This document shows positions 1 to 7,955 of a stretch of 11,097 nt of DNA, piece by piece (position 1 is the stretch's first letter; each line of letters starts with the position of its first letter). Where the stretch lies: NCBI GenBank assembly GCA_046761065.1, contig JBHIFL010000114.1, positions 1 through 11,097 of the forward strand, written 5' to 3'. The notes beneath the pieces were generated by a model that was not told the origin of the DNA, did not search any database, and saw only the letters and a program-made list of their open reading frames with translations. This stretch comes from Candidatus Heimdallarchaeota archaeon (GTDB lineage Archaea; Asgardarchaeota; Wukongarchaeia; Wukongarchaeales; JBHIFL01). The position numbers and the translations under genes are program-made.

Positions 1-3
1 TCC

Positions 4-327
4 TTAGGTTTTCTTTTTCTTTTTCAGCTGGATCTCAATAGCAGATACATTGGATGTGCCGCGTTCGGAATCTTCGATCTTTTCGGTGCTGATGGCGACG
101 TCGACTAGTTCGACGCTGTCTGGCATAAATTTGTGCCGTAAAATCTCGGCAACATCGACAGCTCGACTGATAGCCCTGCCACGTGCTTTTATCATGATTT
201 CGTCAGCACCCTCATTGAACTGGGTCACACATGCAAGCACGTACGCATTGATCGGTTTAGATCCGACGTAGACGGTATTATCGTTCTTTCTTGGTATTTT
301 TGTCGCCTCCTTTCCGCTTTCATTCAC
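4..327 (-). CDS. albA: DNA/RNA-binding protein Alba
   Basis: Alba signatures [31 protein letters not shown] and NVSAIEIQL. Short N-terminal extension and a poly-Lys C-terminus. Confidence 0.97.
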   Translation of the reverse strand: MNESGKEATKIPRKNDNTVYVGSKPINAYVLACVTQFNEGADEIMIKARGRAISRAVDVAEILRHKFMPDSVELVDVAISTEKIEDSERGTSNVSAIEIQLKKKKKT

Positions 328-382
328 TGCATTTTTGGAGTTCTAACCTGTTGGATATTCAAGTTCCCCCATACCTTGAGCG

Positions 383-396
383 TTTAAATCTTTCCC
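383..396 (-). promoter_or_regulatory. Archaeal BRE-TATA promoter of albA
   Basis: Minus strand reads GGAAAGATTTAAA (purine-rich BRE, then TTTAAA), about 56 nt upstream of the albA ATG. Confidence 0.65.
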
Positions 397-826
397 CATT
401 GTCCGAGTTATTATCTTCTCAAGATGGATAATTCTCCGAGACTTGAACCCGTACATCACTCAAAACATTGCCAAAATGTATTTGTTAGATATGTTTTAAC
501 TATACATACATTAAAGAAATTTACATCGATCATCCTGAAAGATATTGCCTCTGAGCTTATTGATATCATTTGAAACATCTTTATTTGTGTTAAGATGTAC
601 ATATCTAGCCGGGATAATTTTTGAATGCACCATTTATCATATAGACGGGAAACCTTTGGCTGTGACAACAACTTAACATATATTTCCTTACTGATCCATT
701 GATAATTAGCAATCAAACTACCCAAATACCTATAATCCGGATCTTTGGTTACTATATCTAAATAATCAAGCAAAACCCATAGAATAGAAACCCAATAATA
801 AATAATTGATGAAAGAGTGGCACTAG

Positions 827-2746
827 ATGAGTATATTAAAAATAGAACTTATGAAGTTGCTCAAACATGCATTAAAATGCTTTGATGGACTGACTATTTC
901 TGATCCGGACATTTTGAAGAGTTTGAATACACCACCGGACTCTAATTTTGGAGATTTTTCGTCAAACATTGGATTTCGACTCGCCAAACACCTAAAAATG
1001 CCTGTCAATGAAGTCGTAGTGCAGATCGCCCAACATCTCCCCCCATCCCCCCTTGTGAAAACAGTTCAACCCTTTCGCGGTTATGTAAATTTCTACCTTT
1101 CGAAGGAAAATGCAGGTAACTTTATTCTAACAAGAGTTTTTGATGAAGAAAAAGCTTATGGCAACGTTCCCTTAGGTCAGGGGCAGAAATTAGTACTCGA
1201 ACACACTGCAGTAAATCCCATAAAGCCCTTACATATCGGTCATCTCCGAAACAGTGTCTTAGGTGATACTATGGCCCGAATTTATCGTGCTTGTGGATGG
1301 GAAGTTGAAGTCCAAAATTTAATCAATGACGCAGGGCGGCAAGTGGCTACAGTTGGCTGGGCACTTCATAAGGGTCTACAAGCTCGAATACCCAGACCAA
1401 AACACATGAAATTCGATTTATGGTTGGGTTTAATCTATACCCAGGCAGTAAACTTACTGAAGAAGCAACCTAAACTCGAGCAAGAAATTGATGCGTGGAT
1501 GGTTGAAGTTACCCAGAGTCAAGATTTGTTAACGTTACGGCGGATTTTGAACGAGAAATGTGTTGAATCTAATTTGGAAACCACTTGGCGAGCGGGAATC
1601 ACATATGACCTCCTGATTTGGGAATCCGATATTTCCAGCTCAGGTCTTTGGGAAACCACTTTGGAAACACTTGAGAAGAATGATAACTTTAGTTGGGAAG
1701 AGACAGGAGAGAATGCAGGGTGCTTTATGGCACATCTGAGTCATCTTCCCGAATATGCGGGTGAGCGGAGTGCTGATAAAGTCTTAATAAGGTCTAATAA
1801 AGTTCCAACCTATACTGCTCACGATTTAGCACTCCAGATGTGGAAATTTGGAATGCTCGATCAAGTTCAGCTAAAATATCAGCTTTGGGTGGCGCAATTT
1901 GATGGGAAACATATGTGGAGCACCACTCCCTTTGAAGGATTTCATACGGTTGAACGCCACCCCACCCCACCACGATTTGCTCATGGAGAGCGTGTGATCA
2001 ATGTAATTGGTTCTGAACAAGACTATCTGCAATCAATTCTCAAAGTAACTATGAAGCTCACAGGCCATTTCGATAAATACGAGAATTCAATTCATATGAG
2101 CTATAAACATGTCACATTACCTGGAGAGCGTATTAGTGGACGGGAAGACGAGTGGATCAAGGCAAGAGCTTGGGCGGATGCGGTTATCGATGACGCCGTA
2201 GCAAGGGCTTACGATTATCTCCTAGAAAAACGTCCTGAACTCCCGGAATCCCGTAAAAAAGAGATTGCGGAAAAGGTTGGTATAGCCACAGTACGATATT
2301 GGTTATGTAAATTTAGTACAGATCAAGAGATCAGCTTCGAAATCGGACAAGCCTCTAGTTTGGAAGGCGATACAGGACCCTATATCCTGTATAGTTACGT
2401 CAGGGCCGCAAAGATTTTAATGAAAGCTGAAGAACGGGGTTACAAACCAATACGCCCTAAAAATTACTCGATTTTAGAGGAAAATGGGGAATTTGAGCTG
2501 ATCAAAAGCCTTTCTCAACTGCCTGAAATCGTCCAAACAGTAGCAGAGTCCCTTAAACCGAATTTACTGACAACGTATGCAAATGATCTAGCCACGAAGT
2601 TTAACAAGTTTTATGAACGCTTTCCAGTCTTAACTGCCAAGAATGAAGCTATTCTGGAGCTTCGCTTAGCTATTGTATCCGCATACAAACAAGTTATGCA
2701 AAATGTATTGAATCTCCTCGGGATCCCTATCCTTGAAGAGATGTAG
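827..2746 (+). CDS. argS: Arginine--tRNA ligase (class I), archaeal type
   Basis: N-terminal FGDFSSN motif, EHTAVNPIKPLHIGHLRNSVLGD (HIGH), NVIGSEQ, EGDTGPYILYSYVRA, anticodon-binding domain ending LLGIPILEEM. Confidence 0.98.
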   Translation: MSILKIELMKLLKHALKCFDGLTISDPDILKSLNTPPDSNFGDFSSNIGFRLAKHLKMPVNEVVVQIAQHLPPSPLVKTVQPFRGYVNFYLSKENAGNFILTRVFDEEKAYGNVPLGQGQKLVLEHTAVNPIKPLHIGHLRNSVLGDTMARIYRACGWEVEVQNLINDAGRQVATVGWALHKGLQARIPRPKHMKFDLWLGLIYTQAVNLLKKQPKLEQEIDAWMVEVTQSQDLLTLRRILNEKCVESNLETTWRAGITYDLLIWESDISSSGLWETTLETLEKNDNFSWEETGENAGCFMAHLSHLPEYAGERSADKVLIRSNKVPTYTAHDLALQMWKFGMLDQVQLKYQLWVAQFDGKHMWSTTPFEGFHTVERHPTPPRFAHGERVINVIGSEQDYLQSILKVTMKLTGHFDKYENSIHMSYKHVTLPGERISGREDEWIKARAWADAVIDDAVARAYDYLLEKRPELPESRKKEIAEKVGIATVRYWLCKFSTDQEISFEIGQASSLEGDTGPYILYSYVRAAKILMKAEERGYKPIRPKNYSILEENGEFELIKSLSQLPEIVQTVAESLKPNLLTTYANDLATKFNKFYERFPVLTAKNEAILELRLAIVSAYKQVMQNVLNLLGIPILEEM

Positions 2747-2805
2747 AACATACTCATTGATGGATAAATAATGGGTTTCTAAGGTGTTTCTGAAGTCAGA
2801 GCAGA

Positions 2806-2822
2806 TAAAAGCCGTTTATATA
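2806..2822 (+). promoter_or_regulatory. BRE-TATA promoter in the argS downstream intergenic region
   Basis: TAAAAGCCG followed by TTTATATA (2815-2822). Standard archaeal spacing predicts a TSS near 2845-2847, with no ORF start nearby. Confidence 0.55.
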
Positions 2823-2845
2823 CCTGTCTAACCCCCCTTGAAATT

Positions 2846-2932
2846 AGCTGAGGCGGCTGGATGGGGTAACTTCTAGAATGAGCATCAGAAGGATCCTAGG
2901 ATACGTGATGAGTCCGGCTCAATTACATTTTT
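2846..2932 (+). ncRNA. Candidate small structured RNA (about 75-85 nt) or structured 5' leader, family unassigned
   Basis: GC-richer than its flanks, starts at the predicted TSS and ends in ACA-TTTTT. Nested stems: GGCTGGA/TCCGGCT, TGGGGT/ATCCTA, CTTCT/AGAAG. Contains CTGA and GTGATGA. Confidence 0.35.
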
Positions 2933-3060
2933 AGGCTAACGGTTCTGTCTTTAAAAAATTCGATTCACTAATGCAGTGAAAACTTATGCAACTCAAGAAT
3001 AATTAATAAAAGCTGGGTATTCTTTGATTGATTAACATAACTTGTTTGAGTGGACATAAA

Positions 3061-3456
3061 ATGATCGAGCAAACAAAAAGGATTATAGCCTTATTTATAG
3101 GACTTATCGTGGCATTGAGTGTAATTGGTGTGACTGCTAAGATAGGAGGGGATCTTGGCTCGAAGCAAACGATTATAATGATAGTTGCAGGCTTTTTTGG
3201 CGCCACTATTGTGGTTTATCTCCTCCTCCGATCCCTTATTCCAACCACCGCACCTCAGCCTACCCGGACGCGGCGTCGAAGACCATATCGGGTGACAAGA
3301 ATCGAAGAGGAGGAGAAAGAGGAAGAAGAGGGAGAATTAATAGAGGAACCCATGGAAGAAGAAGCCGTAACACCTCCATCAAAAAGAAAACCAAAACGTC
3401 GACCGTCACCTAAAGATGAAGAAGAACCGTGGGATGCCATGGATTTCGATATATAA
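3061..3456 (+). CDS. Hypothetical membrane protein: two N-terminal TM helices and a charged, disordered C-terminal tail
   Basis: Hydrophobic segments IIALFIGLIVALSVIGVTA and TIIMIVAGFFGATIVVYLLL, then RTRRRRP, a Glu-rich tract, KRKPKRR and an acidic end. ATG 3061 preferred over the upstream start at 3028. Confidence 0.85.
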   Translation: MIEQTKRIIALFIGLIVALSVIGVTAKIGGDLGSKQTIIMIVAGFFGATIVVYLLLRSLIPTTAPQPTRTRRRRPYRVTRIEEEEKEEEEGELIEEPMEEEAVTPPSKRKPKRRPSPKDEEEPWDAMDFDI

Positions 3457-3544
3457 ACGGATTCAAGTAGTAATAATTCCCTCAGAAGTCGCATTAGAAA
3501 AGGGAGTATGGAGAAGGAGGATAATAAAGATAGAGGGGTAGCGT

Positions 3545-4834
3545 ATGAGGCTTGGAACTGATCCAGTTCCATCAACATCTGGTAAAATTGTCAAAGAACA
3601 TCCAGAAGAATTCAATCGATATATCACGCCCCAAGGCAACACGATTTTTGGATTTTGGATGCAAACATTGGCTGATTTAGAATTACTTGATTTAGAACTC
3701 CAAGGTCTTACAAACAGCTATTCCATCGATCCTGTGAAAAGAACTGTTGAATTTAAGGGAGATGAGACAGCTCTAAAGTTAAGGATTGCTCATCTTGAAA
3801 AAGTTCGAGGCGAAACGACCCTTTATACTGAGTTTGTGGATGCTTACGGTGATACCAATGCTTACGCGTTTCACAACCTTTATCCCTATAAAGGAAAATT
3901 TTATCCTCGCATTGTCAGAACTCTGATTAATGCCTTCAGATTAAACCCCGGGGCACTCATCCTTGATCCTTTTAACGGTTCCGGCACAACGACTCATGAA
4001 GCGACTCTCATGGGTATCGATAGCGTGGGAGTTGATGTCACCCCTATGGGAGTTCTCCTGGCTGAATTAAAAAACGAGTTGCCTTTTCTTGATGCGAAAG
4101 AACTTAAATTGAATCTGAACGACCTGGGAGAGATTCTCACTCAAATTGAGAAGAAAGAATGGGTTTATTCTAATCCAGTGATAGAAAAGTTGCTGTTAGC
4201 TCTTTATTTTGATACCATGGATGCGTTTACAAGAACTTCGCGTTATAAGAAAAAGGGAAAATTCGGGTTATTTAAAGAAAAATATATGTATGTCAAAAAG
4301 AGCCATCAAACTCTTCTGACATTGCAGGAAAAATATCAACTTGAGTTTAAAAAAGCAACAATTCAGTTAGGCGATGTTTTAGAGTTACAAACCTTCAAGC
4401 AGTTCGTTAGTAAGTTTGATGCTATCATAACCAGTCCTCCTTATTATTTCTCTATTGATTATGTGGGGAAAGATCGTATTGCGTATGATTACTTAGGCAT
4501 AGACATGAAAACTGTGGAATCGAAGTATCTTGGGAGGAAAAACACTCACTCTCGTAAAAAGTCTGGGAAGCTGCCTGCAAAAGTTTTGCTTTATTACAAT
4601 GATCTAAATCAGTCGATTAAGAATATGTATTGGGCTTTAAAACCTGGAGGGAAACTTGCGATCATAGTGGGGGATAGTACTGTGAGTGGAACAAAAATCC
4701 CGACAACTATGATGACTAAGAAATTCTGCGATGAGGCTGATTTTAAATTTGAAACATTAATTTTCAATCCCCTCTTGGGTGTAAGAAACCGGGCAATTAG
4801 AGGGGAAAGCATCATAATTTGTAAGAAACAGTGA
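3545..4834 (+). CDS. Site-specific amino-DNA methyltransferase, probably N4-cytosine, alpha motif order
   Basis: HNLYPYKGKFYP, motif I LDPFNGSGTT, catalytic motif IV TSPPY located after motif I, LKPGGKLAIIVGD. GAGGGG SD-like sequence before the ATG. Confidence 0.9.
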   Translation: MRLGTDPVPSTSGKIVKEHPEEFNRYITPQGNTIFGFWMQTLADLELLDLELQGLTNSYSIDPVKRTVEFKGDETALKLRIAHLEKVRGETTLYTEFVDAYGDTNAYAFHNLYPYKGKFYPRIVRTLINAFRLNPGALILDPFNGSGTTTHEATLMGIDSVGVDVTPMGVLLAELKNELPFLDAKELKLNLNDLGEILTQIEKKEWVYSNPVIEKLLLALYFDTMDAFTRTSRYKKKGKFGLFKEKYMYVKKSHQTLLTLQEKYQLEFKKATIQLGDVLELQTFKQFVSKFDAIITSPPYYFSIDYVGKDRIAYDYLGIDMKTVESKYLGRKNTHSRKKSGKLPAKVLLYYNDLNQSIKNMYWALKPGGKLAIIVGDSTVSGTKIPTTMMTKKFCDEADFKFETLIFNPLLGVRNRAIRGESIIICKKQ

Positions 4835-4841
4835 AAAATAT

Positions 4842-4855
4842 AAAAAAGGCTTTTT
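4842..4855. terminator. Possible bidirectional oligo-T terminator between convergent genes
   Basis: A6-GGC-T5 just after the MTase stop, giving a T-tract on each strand. Confidence 0.35.
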
Positions 4856-4891
4856 GGTTTAGCTTTTAGATTCCATTGAATCTTTTAATGA

Positions 4892-5584
4892 CTAATAAAA
4901 ACATTTCATTAAACGTTTATACATATTTGGCATGTTCATAAAACTATAATAATCTAAAAAAGTCGAGATTGTCACGTAAAAATCGCTCCAATTATATGTA
5001 TGGAGTAACTCGAACATCTTTCGATTCTCCTGAGAAAACTGTTTCGAGTACGCTTCAACTACGTACCCTCACACGGAAAGAAGAAATTTATGGAAGTATT
5101 TTTTGTTAACCTAAGGAAATTTGAGATAGAGGAATTGCAACATCTTTATTATAGCATCACGCCTCCTTCCCCCTATCGCTATCCCATCTCAATGAAGGTG
5201 TATCATAAAATGCGAACCACCGCGCTTTTGGCCCATAGAGTGTGTGACCAGCTTTTTTTCCTGAATTACCCGTTTTCTTACTTCAATCACAAGATTTGCC
5301 CTTTTGAGAGTTTTGATATACCGGTAGATTGTCGAGCGTGTTTTTGGGACGGTGGTTATTTGGTTGTATCGTTCTAAGAGATCTTCAATAGCTATTGGAC
5401 CATCACGTAAGACGTGAATGAGTGGAAGATAAGCTTGTTTTTCGAAATACTGACTTTGGGGATCATTAAGTAAGATAACATTACGAATCTCGAGGAATTG
5501 TTGGATCACATCCTTGAAGGTTACATTTGTGGGCTCTGTTGAATTGCTCCACATGGGAAATGTTGGATGATATTTCTCCCGCAA
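4892..5584 (-). pseudogene. Disrupted winged-helix (ArsR-like) transcriptional regulator
   Basis: wHTH core LRDGPIAIEDLLERYN...KTRSTIYRYIKTLKRANLV. A frameshift at the A7 run (5253-5259) restores TLYGPKARWF...WDSDRGK. After a second shift near 5160, a frame with two internal stops runs to ...YKRLMKCFY* at 4892. Confidence 0.75.
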
Positions 5585-5612
5585 ATAGGGCGTTAAAGGA
5601 GATTAAAAAGGT

Positions 5613-5801
5613 TTATTTTGCCTTGGTATCCGTTAAAAGAACAGAGGCAAATCCCATATCTTCTATGATGTATTTACTTCTTGTATTCTGGCTCGTGATC
5701 ATGACGATGCCTGTCAATAAGGCCCAAGGTAGTATCATTGTTGCTATAATTTGTCACGAGACGATTAGCTTTATTGCATTCACTATGAATTACCCAAGCA
5801 T
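5613..5801 (-). pseudogene. Possible remnant of a membrane protein gene
   Basis: One frame reads MLG*FIVNAIKLIVS*QIIATMILPWALLTGIVMITSQNTRSKYIIEDMGFASVLLTDTKAK*: hydrophobic, with two in-frame stops. Confidence 0.3.
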
Positions 5802-6061
5802 CTATAATTCATTTCTACCAGTTAGCAGCCCCTTTGGCGATCCTACTACTGCCTAAGCTGCTATTTAAAGATTTTACAGGGGATTTAGCCGCCTTAATGG
5901 TATACGATGCGGATTAAGGGGTATCATGCCGTATTTAAGGTCCAAAGTTATCTATCGAGGCGCTAAAAATGAGGGATTAAACCATATGAACCTAAAAAAT
6001 TCAATATGGAGAACTAAACGTTGAAGTGATTCTTTAGAAGGACTAGTGTTTCTGGGCTGGG

Positions 6062-6271
6062 CGTGAATATTGTGGAATGAGATTAGAAGAAAGAGATCAG
6101 TTCTGCCCGGAATGTGGGAGTCGCGTACCATCGGGCAAAATATCTTCGCCTATTTTTGAATCGATAAGAAATATGATTATATCTATTTTCTCGTGTTGCT
6201 TTTATATCATCATCCTCCGCATTTACCAAATTTCAAAGATTTCAAAAAAAAAGAAGGAAGGATGTTTCTAG
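6062..6271 (+). pseudogene. Degenerate zinc-ribbon protein with a hydrophobic C-terminal segment
   Basis: Reading in frame upstream of ATG 6077 gives REYCGMRLEERDQFCPECG, the CxxCG-x7-FCxxCG zinc ribbon with the first Cys codon as CGT. In-frame TAG at 6044. Confidence 0.55.
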
Positions 6272-6274
6272 AGC

Positions 6275-7318
6275 TTAACCACTTGCAATTGAAGCTAAAG
6301 TTTCCGATAGGTGTTTCCCCTCAGGTGTGAGTTTAAAGACACTTGCTCTCGTATTGTAAAGAACTAGTCCTTTCACTTGTAAAGAGGACAAGATACTTTC
6401 TGCCAATGGAATTGTTAGATTAAGAACCTTTGAAAGTGTGACAGTTGTCAACTCATCATTGTTGTGGAAACTCAATAAAGTCATCATGCGAAAAAAGATA
6501 TCTGAAAATGTACTGAGTACACGATCTGGTTCTCTGCTCTTTCTAATGATTACTGATGCAGCTTGTCGTGTCGCATCACCTAGATCGGCTGCTGGAACCG
6601 CTCCTAGGGCTTTAAATGCTTCGGTTTCCAAAAAATCTTGGAGCTCTCGGAATTTCGGGACAAGACTCGTGATGACAACAGGCACCAGTCTCTTCTGTTG
6701 CCGGACCCATTTGTGTAATTCACCTAAGATGGCTCCTGTGGTCAAAGGAGGTACATCTTCTGTTGCGACGATCACACAATCCGCATTCTTGTAATAATGC
6801 GGCCGCAAATGGGCAAACTGTGGATCAGGTGAGCAGTGCCAGAATTGTAGGCGGACAAAATGATTCTCTTCTTGTAATAGTCCAGTAAATACATCAAAAC
6901 CGATCGTGTCCAAATAACTCCCACTCACTAAGGAACTTTCAAAGATCCCTGCCTTTCTTAGTGCCTTCCTAACCTCTGATGACCCAACAATGACAATCTT
7001 CCCAACCAAATATGGCTCTGTCGGTAAGTCTTCGGTCACCGAGATTGGTAACGATCCAATGAGTTTAAGCGCCTTCATCGAGGGTGCATAAAGCCCCCAA
7101 TCTTGCTTCTTTGCCCATTCTTCTTTCACTAGTCGTTCTAAATGCCGAGTGTACCCTCGTGAGTTACCATAACCCATAACATCGGCTAATTCGTTTGCTG
7201 TGGCTCTCCCTGTTCGCACAAGATGTAGAAAGGCTCTAGACCGATTCAACTTGCGGTTTTCAATCGCTTCAAGCGCGCTCAAAACCTCCAAGAGATCCCC
7301 AACAGAAACGCGATTCAT
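6275..7318 (-). CDS. wHTH - Rab/Ras-like pseudo-GTPase - wHTH fusion protein (putative regulator)
   Basis: wHTH at aa ~25-90 (TANELADVMG...HLERLVKEEWA...GLYAPS) and ~270-342 (LSKVLNL...ILSSLQVKGLV...FKLTPEG). Aa ~103-260 follow the small-GTPase order KIVIVG, YLDTIGFD, VRLQFW, YYKNADCVIV, VPVVI. GGGAGTG SD-like sequence before the ATG. Confidence 0.88.
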   Translation of the reverse strand: MNRVSVGDLLEVLSALEAIENRKLNRSRAFLHLVRTGRATANELADVMGYGNSRGYTRHLERLVKEEWAKKQDWGLYAPSMKALKLIGSLPISVTEDLPTEPYLVGKIVIVGSSEVRKALRKAGIFESSLVSGSYLDTIGFDVFTGLLQEENHFVRLQFWHCSPDPQFAHLRPHYYKNADCVIVATEDVPPLTTGAILGELHKWVRQQKRLVPVVITSLVPKFRELQDFLETEAFKALGAVPAADLGDATRQAASVIIRKSREPDRVLSTFSDIFFRMMTLLSFHNNDELTTVTLSKVLNLTIPLAESILSSLQVKGLVLYNTRASVFKLTPEGKHLSETLASIASG

Positions 7319-7354
7319 ACAAACACTCCCATATCTAAGAAAATATTACTCAAT

Positions 7355-7393
7355 TGACGCAAATATATGTTTTGATGTACTCAACTTGCGTCA
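7355..7393 (-). promoter_or_regulatory. Candidate promoter flanked by an 8-bp inverted repeat (TGACGCAA-N23-TTGCGTCA)
   Basis: Arms at 7355-7362 and 7386-7393 enclose the minus-strand sequence CAAAACATATATT (BRE/TATA-like). A third copy lies at 7567-7575. Confidence 0.5.
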
Positions 7394-7955
7394 TTCCAAG
7401 ATGAATCATATGGCTCTAATATCCCATCATTATTAACGAAAAAAACAAATACTTATATTAAAAAATATATTTGATAATTCAGCACATTAAAATTGTAAAA
7501 AACTATTTATAAATTTTATTTAAGCTTTTTTTCAGGAAAAAAGATCATAGAATAATTATCCTCAGATTGCGTCAAACACAATTTTGGAAATGAAAACAAT
7601 AATTTTGAATAGATTTTTTATGAATCTGTTACAGAAATCAACACTGGTGCGGTAAAGACATTAATGGTTGATATAGCCAAATTTGCATTTGATAAATTGT
7701 CCAAAAAAGTTTTATAAAGTTGTTTAATCCAGTTAAACATAAAACGAAGTGAGGAGGTAAAAGGAGTAATTATCTCTTCTTTGAGATAAAAGAGAGATAC
7801 TAAGTGAACCTGAGAGATATGAACCAAATAATATTTTTGTCGAAATCTAACCTTCTAATCGTCCAAGTGTTCAGATATGAAATCAAATGCTCCTCAAAGA
7901 AAGTACTAACCGATAACTAAATAAAGGGGAACGCAAATAGAAAGCGCAGGCTTTA

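Noticed and set aside
50-271. 73-aa plus-strand ORF
   Set aside because: Antisense shadow of albA.
823-1008. 61-aa minus-strand ORF
   Set aside because: Antisense shadow of argS.
2855-2920. tRNA (GGCTGGA-TG-GGGTAA start with an acceptor-like stem)
   Set aside because: No T-arm GTTC motif and no anticodon arm; does not fold as a cloverleaf.
3003-3578. Minus-strand ORFs 3003-3206 and 3255-3578
   Set aside because: Antisense to the membrane protein gene; the Ser-rich text mirrors its Glu codons.
4609-4815. 68-aa minus-strand ORF
   Set aside because: Antisense to the MTase.
5090-5856. Plus-strand ORFs 5090-5377 and 5527-5856
   Set aside because: Antisense to minus-strand pseudogene frames, with no recognisable motifs.
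6539-7012. Active Rab/Roc GTPase
   Set aside because: G1, G3 and G4 motifs are all substituted, and there is no COR or LRR domain and no C-terminal Cys prenylation motif.
6438-7436. Plus-strand ORFs 6438-6794 and 7200-7436
   Set aside because: Antisense to the 347-aa gene.
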